Program-made: the position numbers and the translations under genes
Assembly (NCBI GenBank): GCA_965218435.1
Contig: CBDCKW010000007.1
Location: 1-12,337 of the forward strand
DNA length: 12,337 nt
DNA from: Truepera sp.
GTDB lineage: Bacteria > Deinococcota > Deinococci > Deinococcales > Trueperaceae
Direction: 5' to 3'
Part shown: positions 8,246 through 12,337 of the stretch, one piece after another
Layout: each line of letters begins with the position of its first letter
Numbering within the stretch: position 1 is the stretch's first letter
The notes under the pieces: model-generated
Seen by the model: only the letters and a program-made list of their open reading frames with translations
The model's database searches: none
Told to the model about the DNA's origin: nothing

Positions 8246-9145
8246 ATGACGGTTGATGAAATGCACACCGACAAGCTGGATATAAGCGTGTCGCTCGTAG
8301 GTCGGCTAGTCGCCACACAGTTCCCAGAATGGGCTGCCCTTCCCGTCAAGCCCGTTGAGTTGAGCGGCTGGGACAACCGGACCTTCCGGCTAGGTGACGA
8401 CATGAGCGTACGGCTCCCGAGCGCCGAAGGTTACGTCCCGCAGGTTGAGAAAGAACACCGCTGGCTGCCCCTGCTCGCGCCGCGCCTACCGCTGCCCATT
8501 CCTGTTCCCCTGGCGAAGGGGATTCCGGGCGAGGGCTACCCCTTCGTCTGGTCCGTCTACCGGTGGCTGGAGGGCGAGACCGCGACGGTCGAACGCATCG
8601 CCGATCTGGGCGAGTTCGCCAATGCACTCGCCGACTTCCTTACCGCCCTACAACGGATCGACCCCGAAGGCGGCCCGCCGCCCGGGCCGCACAGCGCCTT
8701 CCGCGGTGGGCCGCTCACCACCTACGACGCCGAAACTCGGCGCGCCCTAGTCGCCCTTAAAAACGAGATCGACGCCGAGGCCGCGACCGCCGTCTGGGAA
8801 GCAGCCCTTGAAGCTTCTTGGCGCGGCCCGCCCGTGTGGTTCCACGGCGACGTCGCCGCCGGGAACCTGCTGATTCGGGACGGCCGCCTGGCTGCGGTGA
8901 TCGACTTTGGCTGTTCGGGTGTGGGCGATCCCGCCTGCGACGTGGTGATCGCCTGGACGCTCCTGTCAGGAGACAGCCGTAAGGCGTTCCGCGCCGCCCT
9001 TCCCGCCGACCGCGCAACCTGGGCGCGGGGTCGCGGCTGGGCGCTGTGGAAGGGCTTGATAACCCTTGCCGGACACCTGGACACGGACCCCTCGAAAGCA
9101 GATGAAGACAGGCGCATCATCGGGGAGGTGCTGAATGACCTTTGA
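8246..9145 (+). CDS. Aminoglycoside phosphotransferase family (APH/ChoK-like) protein
   Basis: 299 aa from ATG 8246 after AAGGAG. SGWDNRTFRLG, QVEKEHRWLP, WFHGDVAAGNLL, VIDFG..GDPACD, WARGRGWAL. Confidence 0.92.
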   Translation: MTVDEMHTDKLDISVSLVGRLVATQFPEWAALPVKPVELSGWDNRTFRLGDDMSVRLPSAEGYVPQVEKEHRWLPLLAPRLPLPIPVPLAKGIPGEGYPFVWSVYRWLEGETATVERIADLGEFANALADFLTALQRIDPEGGPPPGPHSAFRGGPLTTYDAETRRALVALKNEIDAEAATAVWEAALEASWRGPPVWFHGDVAAGNLLIRDGRLAAVIDFGCSGVGDPACDVVIAWTLLSGDSRKAFRAALPADRATWARGRGWALWKGLITLAGHLDTDPSKADEDRRIIGEVLNDL

Positions 9146-9202
9146 GCCGCGCCAGTGGCGCAGAACGGGATTAAGGTGCAGACGTATAGGTGGGGAGAAG
9201 GC

Positions 9203-9240
9203 AAAAGAAGAAGCGCCATTTCGGGCGCTTTGATTCTTTT
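9203..9240. terminator. Probable bidirectional intrinsic terminator
   Basis: AAAAGAAG-AAGCGCC-ATTTCG-GGCGCTT-TGATTCTTTT between convergent genes. Confidence 0.65.
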
Positions 9241-9470
9241 AGTTTACCGCCTTATGCGCTATTCGTCAAGAAAATGCGCTGTTGACCGGACAAAAGTCTG
9301 CATAATGCTGCCTGAGCTTTCCAAAAAACATCTTGTAACACGAATAAAAGGTCTATTTATGCAAATGCGCGTGCAAACATCGTGCTGAACGCAGCTAATT
9401 AAGTTTTATCCGGATTTCAGGATGCGCTCGAGCCTGCATGTAGGACGGCGATAAGCGATCTGCGGGCGTC

Positions 9471-9728
9471 TTACAACCAGTTGCCGCCGGTAACGTGTCG
9501 GTCGAGCGGGCCGGGGTTGATCAATCCCTCAGCGGGTTCGTAGTGACATCCCGGGTTGAGGCAGTAACCGTGTTCACGTTGGCCGTCGGCACTGCGGCTT
9601 TCGATAGCGAAGGTGGCTTCGTGGCACCTAGGGCAGCGGTTGACGCCGAGGTGACCGTACTTGGTCTCGAAGTCGAGGGTTCGGGCGACAAGCCGGGCCT
9701 CCCCGACCGTAGCGGGATGGTAACGCAT
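9471..9728 (-). CDS. Small hypothetical protein, putative zinc ribbon
   Basis: 85 aa with CPRC...CLNPGC. Strong RBS AAGGAG 9 nt upstream of the ATG. Confidence 0.65.
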   Translation of the reverse strand: MRYHPATVGEARLVARTLDFETKYGHLGVNRCPRCHEATFAIESRSADGQREHGYCLNPGCHYEPAEGLINPGPLDRHVTGGNWL

Positions 9729-9957
9729 TGCTATTTTCTCCTTCTTTTGAGGCTCAAAACGTGACTCTTAGTGCTCCTATTAGACCTTCATTATCCCACG
9801 TTAGGAGGACGTCGCCGGTTCGCTGCCCGACTGAAACGCGCCAAAGAGAACGTCTCTCGGGGGTTGAGGGGCGTCCGCGCACGGCGGGCCGTCGTTAAGG
9901 TTCATTACGGGACCGTTTATACGGTGGTTGGGCCGGAAGGCTGCGTTAGACATGAAA

Positions 9958-10215
9958 CACTTATAACCTCGAGTGCTAGTAAATAACGACCCATTGCAAC
10001 CGAGGAAGTGCGTCTGTGACGCAAAATGATATTTCAACCATGACCGCTAACCTACCTGAACAAATACTTTCGGTAAATCTTCAAAGCTTCTTGCCACTCG
10101 TGGTTATTTTCTTGACTCTTCTAAATGGGCTAGAAACAACGTCTATGACGCAACGGTAAACTTTTTGAGCCTTCTAGGTATCTCATAACTAACTAGCACT
10201 CGAGGTTTATAAATG
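9958..10215. repeat. AT-rich segment bounded by inverted repeats
   Basis: Perfect 16-bp IR AACCTCGAGTGCTAGT (9965-9980) / ACTAGCACTCGAGGTT (10192-10207), extendable outward to about 23 bp with one indel and one mismatch. Confidence 0.7.
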
Positions 10216-10320
10216 AAGCTTATTAAACAAGTGCTTTAGTACGCCTTACCCTTGGCGCAAAAAGTTATTTTGATTAGAGAACTACCCCTACTCGATAAGC
10301 GTTTCGTGAGGACCGCTTGA

Positions 10321-10349
10321 TTGTGTGCCCGTACGTGAACAGGTACTAT
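10321..10349 (+). promoter_or_regulatory. Putative sigma70 leaderless promoter
   Basis: TTGTGT-N17-TACTAT, ending 7 nt before ATG 10357. Confidence 0.5.
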
Positions 10350-10356
10350 TCTGGTC

Positions 10357-10494
10357 ATGAAACCTGCCGCACTCAGCTTAGTGATAGAAGAGGTATCGAA
10401 AGTTGAAATTTATGGGGGGCTAGACTCCTTGAGGGTGCCGCTCTACAGCTACGCCGAGGCCTCGCACTACACGAACCTGCGGCTTGGTCCGTAG
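10357..10494 (+). pseudogene. 5' remnant of a DUF433/VapB45-like antitoxin gene
   Basis: 45-aa ORF MKPAALSLVIEEVSKVEIYGGLDSLRVPLYSYAEASHYTNLRLGP*. IYGGxDxxxxPLYxxAEAxHY resembles the N-terminus of that family. Confidence 0.55.
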
Positions 10495-11198
10495 TGACAA
10501 ACACGCCAGATATCAAGCCGGAGCTGCCGGCGATCGTCCGGCGATTGGCCGGAACGGAGCCCATCGAACTGGTCTGGCTCAACGAACTCGGCGGTACGAC
10601 GTGGAGGTGGGCCGACCACTACCTTAAGTGGAGCCCGCAGAGTGCGGGTATCGACTTGGAGCGTGAGCGGGTGCGGCTCAACTGGCTGGCAGGTCGGCAT
10701 CCGGTGCCGAGCGTGCTGGATCACGGCGCGGATGCTGAGGCGCAGTGGACGCTGACGGCGGCCCTCCCAGGCGGCCACGCGGTAGGCGACCCGTGGCGGG
10801 AGCGTTCCGCCGAAGCCATCGCCGCAATTGCCGAGGGGCTGCGGCGGCTGCATGCTATCCCGATCGACGACGTGCCGCCTGAGTGGGCGGCGTCGTCGTG
10901 GGTGCGCCGCGAGCCACCGCAGCTCGGCCCACGGCCACCGCTCGACGATTCCGTGCTAGTGCACGGTGACGCCTGCGCTCCCAACACGCTCATCGATTCG
11001 GTCGGGCAGTGGACGGGTCACGTTGACCTAGGCGACCTTGCCGTCGGTGACCGCTGGGCCGACCTTGCCGTCGCGTCAATGAGCCTCGACTGGAACTTCG
11101 GCGAGGGGCACCAGAACGAGTTCTTCACGGCGTACGGCATCGCCCCGGACGCCGACCGCATCCGCTACTACCGCGCTCTTTGGCACGCAGAATCCTGA
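10494..11198 (+). CDS. APH(3')-like aminoglycoside phosphotransferase (actinobacterial, Rv3817-like type)
   Basis: 234 aa. VWLNELGGTTW, YLKW, ERVRLNWL, VHGDACAPNTL, VDLGDLAVGDRWADLAVA, PDADRIRYYRALW. Confidence 0.9.
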   Translation: MTNTPDIKPELPAIVRRLAGTEPIELVWLNELGGTTWRWADHYLKWSPQSAGIDLERERVRLNWLAGRHPVPSVLDHGADAEAQWTLTAALPGGHAVGDPWRERSAEAIAAIAEGLRRLHAIPIDDVPPEWAASSWVRREPPQLGPRPPLDDSVLVHGDACAPNTLIDSVGQWTGHVDLGDLAVGDRWADLAVASMSLDWNFGEGHQNEFFTAYGIAPDADRIRYYRALWHAES

Positions 11199-11455
11199 AG
11201 GTCGTGCCCGTTGATGTGCTATGTAAAAACTGTGCACGGTTCGGATGCAAAGGGAAACCGGGCCGAGCGCCATCACTACGCAATTACAAACCCTCATTGC
11301 TGAAACACTCTTAGCAAGCTACCGTTGCCGAATTAGGTTTATCACTTCTTGAATCCTCTAATTCGCGGTTCTGAGCATCGTATTTTGCCGCATTAGTCGG
11401 CCTTCCTGATTTAATCTCCATCTCGTGGAAAGCCGTCACGGGAATTTAGTAACGG

Positions 11456-11692
11456 TATCTATATGAGGGGTGTGCATATCAAAGTAAGGTATATCAACCT
11501 TTTCAGCTCTGTTCGCTTACGAAGCGAAAACCATCACCCACGATAGAACAAAACAAATGAAGACCTATTAAGGTAAATCCAGGTTTAGAACGATATTAGG
11601 GGGAAAACGTGACGAGTCGTTATAAAAATGAATCATAGTGTGAATTTATCCCGACTTTGCGAATGATTATGCGCACACCCCTCATCTATATG
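11456..11692. repeat. Second AT-rich segment bounded by inverted repeats
   Basis: Perfect 13-bp IR ATGAGGGGTGTGC (11463-11475) / GCACACCCCTCAT (11673-11685), 17/20 when extended outward. Confidence 0.6.
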
Positions 11693-11712
11693 TGTTCTGT
11701 TTTATAACAGCC

Positions 11713-11730
11713 TATGCGGTAGTTGAGCGC
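11713..11730 (+). repeat. Copy C of the TATGCGGYAGTTGRGC motif
   Basis: TATGCGGTAGTTGAGCGC, about 210 bp downstream of the recombinase stop. Confidence 0.6.
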
Positions 11731-11877
11731 GTCAAACGTACAACAGTTGTTCAATTATAATTAAGGGTTTCCGCTAAGGAGCAACTGTTGCTCAGTAACA
11801 ACTTCTTAAGAAAGGTGTTGAGGTTTACATCGACTGTTGCTAGACCTTCGAACCTCAACTACTAAGTATTAAGAGAA

Positions 11878-11913
11878 GAAAAGTTTCACGAGCGGATCGT
11901 TGTAAAACTTTTC
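11878..11913. other. Candidate tyrosine-recombinase crossover site (14-8-14 dyad)
   Basis: GAAAAGTTTCACGA-GCGGATCG-TTGTAAAACTTTTC. Arms are 12/14 complementary, the spacer is asymmetric, and it lies 27 bp from the recombinase stop. Confidence 0.5.
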
Positions 11914-11940
11914 GTTTGCTGGTGCGGGTTGTAGTGGGTG

Positions 11941-12337
11941 TTACCAGTCTCGGACTGCCTTTTTAAGCTGCTGGTTGCTAGCTTTGGCGTAACCCCTGGC
12001 GGTATCGAGCGAGGAATGCCGGAGGTGATCAGCTACCAACGCTAGATCTCCAGTTTCATCTCTGAGTCTTGTTCCCGCAGCATGTCTTAAAGCGTGAACT
12101 CCCTTAAACTTGACCTTGGCGACCCGGCAGGCGGCCTCGAGCCGTTTGTAAACCGCGATGCGTGACCGGGCAGGAAGGAGATAACCCCTGCGTTTTTCTA
12201 AGGGAACTTGCTCGAGTGTATCAACGAGAGTAGAGGAGAGGTTGACCCGTGCAGTCTTACCCCCCTTACCAGCGACGACTTTGAGCGTCCCACTCCCGAG
12301 ATCGATGTCCTCCCACTTGAGGGCAGTCATCTCACTC
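11941..12337 (-). CDS. Tyrosine recombinase/integrase, C-terminal part (5' end outside the window)
   Basis: SEMTALKWEDID (end of box I), GKGGK, HALRHAAGT (HxxR), HLRHSSLDTARGY (catalytic Tyr). No IntI insertion patch. Confidence 0.93.
   Translation of the reverse strand, partial: SEMTALKWEDIDLGSGTLKVVAGKGGKTARVNLSSTLVDTLEQVPLEKRRGYLLPARSRIAVYKRLEAACRVAKVKFKGVHALRHAAGTRLRDETGDLALVADHLRHSSLDTARGYAKASNQQLKKAVRDW

Noticed and set aside
9945..9951. GTTAGAC-ATG as a cassette start
   Set aside because: The ORF stops after 4 codons and there is no matching inverse core upstream.
9771..10037. ORFs 9771-9986 and 9801-10037
   Set aside because: No RBS or motif; they overlap each other and the repeat region.
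9953..10201. HrcA CIRCE element
   Set aside because: Only half-sites (GAGTGCTAG, CTAGCACTC) are present, without the N9-spaced partner, and there is no chaperone gene.
11652..11677. dif site (GTGCGCATAA XerC-like arm on the minus strand)
   Set aside because: No XerD-like arm at 6-bp spacing.
11941..12337. Integron integrase IntI
   Set aside because: Lacks the IntI-specific insertion before HxxR, and there is no regular attC array.
1..12337. CRISPR array, tRNA/rRNA or transposase; shadow ORFs over real genes
   Set aside because: No regularly spaced repeats, RNA-gene signatures or DDE/HUH ORFs were seen. The overlapping ORFs are high-GC alternative-frame artefacts.

Overview
Accessory, mosaic region, possibly on a plasmid or island. 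The leaderless promoters and the recombinase style suggest a Deinococcota-like host (inference). It is built from short, unrelated modules of differing GC content: an FAD monooxygenase/TetR pair, a lower-GC SAM methyltransferase, an ANT(6)/AadK-type adenylyltransferase with a late amber stop, a RES-Xre toxin-antitoxin pair, a SnoaL/MmyB-like XRE/DUF1330 module, two intact aminoglycoside-phosphotransferase-family genes and a small Cys-rich protein. The window ends in the 3' part of a non-IntI tyrosine recombinase. Reading beyond the ORF track shows two decayed APH genes, a half attC site behind the methyltransferase, a truncated DUF433-type antitoxin whose stop overlaps an APH start, a CTG-initiated toxin, and a 46-bp palindrome encoding mirror-image promoters. 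It also shows a 16-18 bp motif in three direct copies (two flank the TA module, one lies near the recombinase), two ~240-260 bp AT-rich segments bounded by inverted repeats, and a loxP-like 14-8-14 dyad just downstream of the recombinase. All family calls come from motif recognition; no database search was run.
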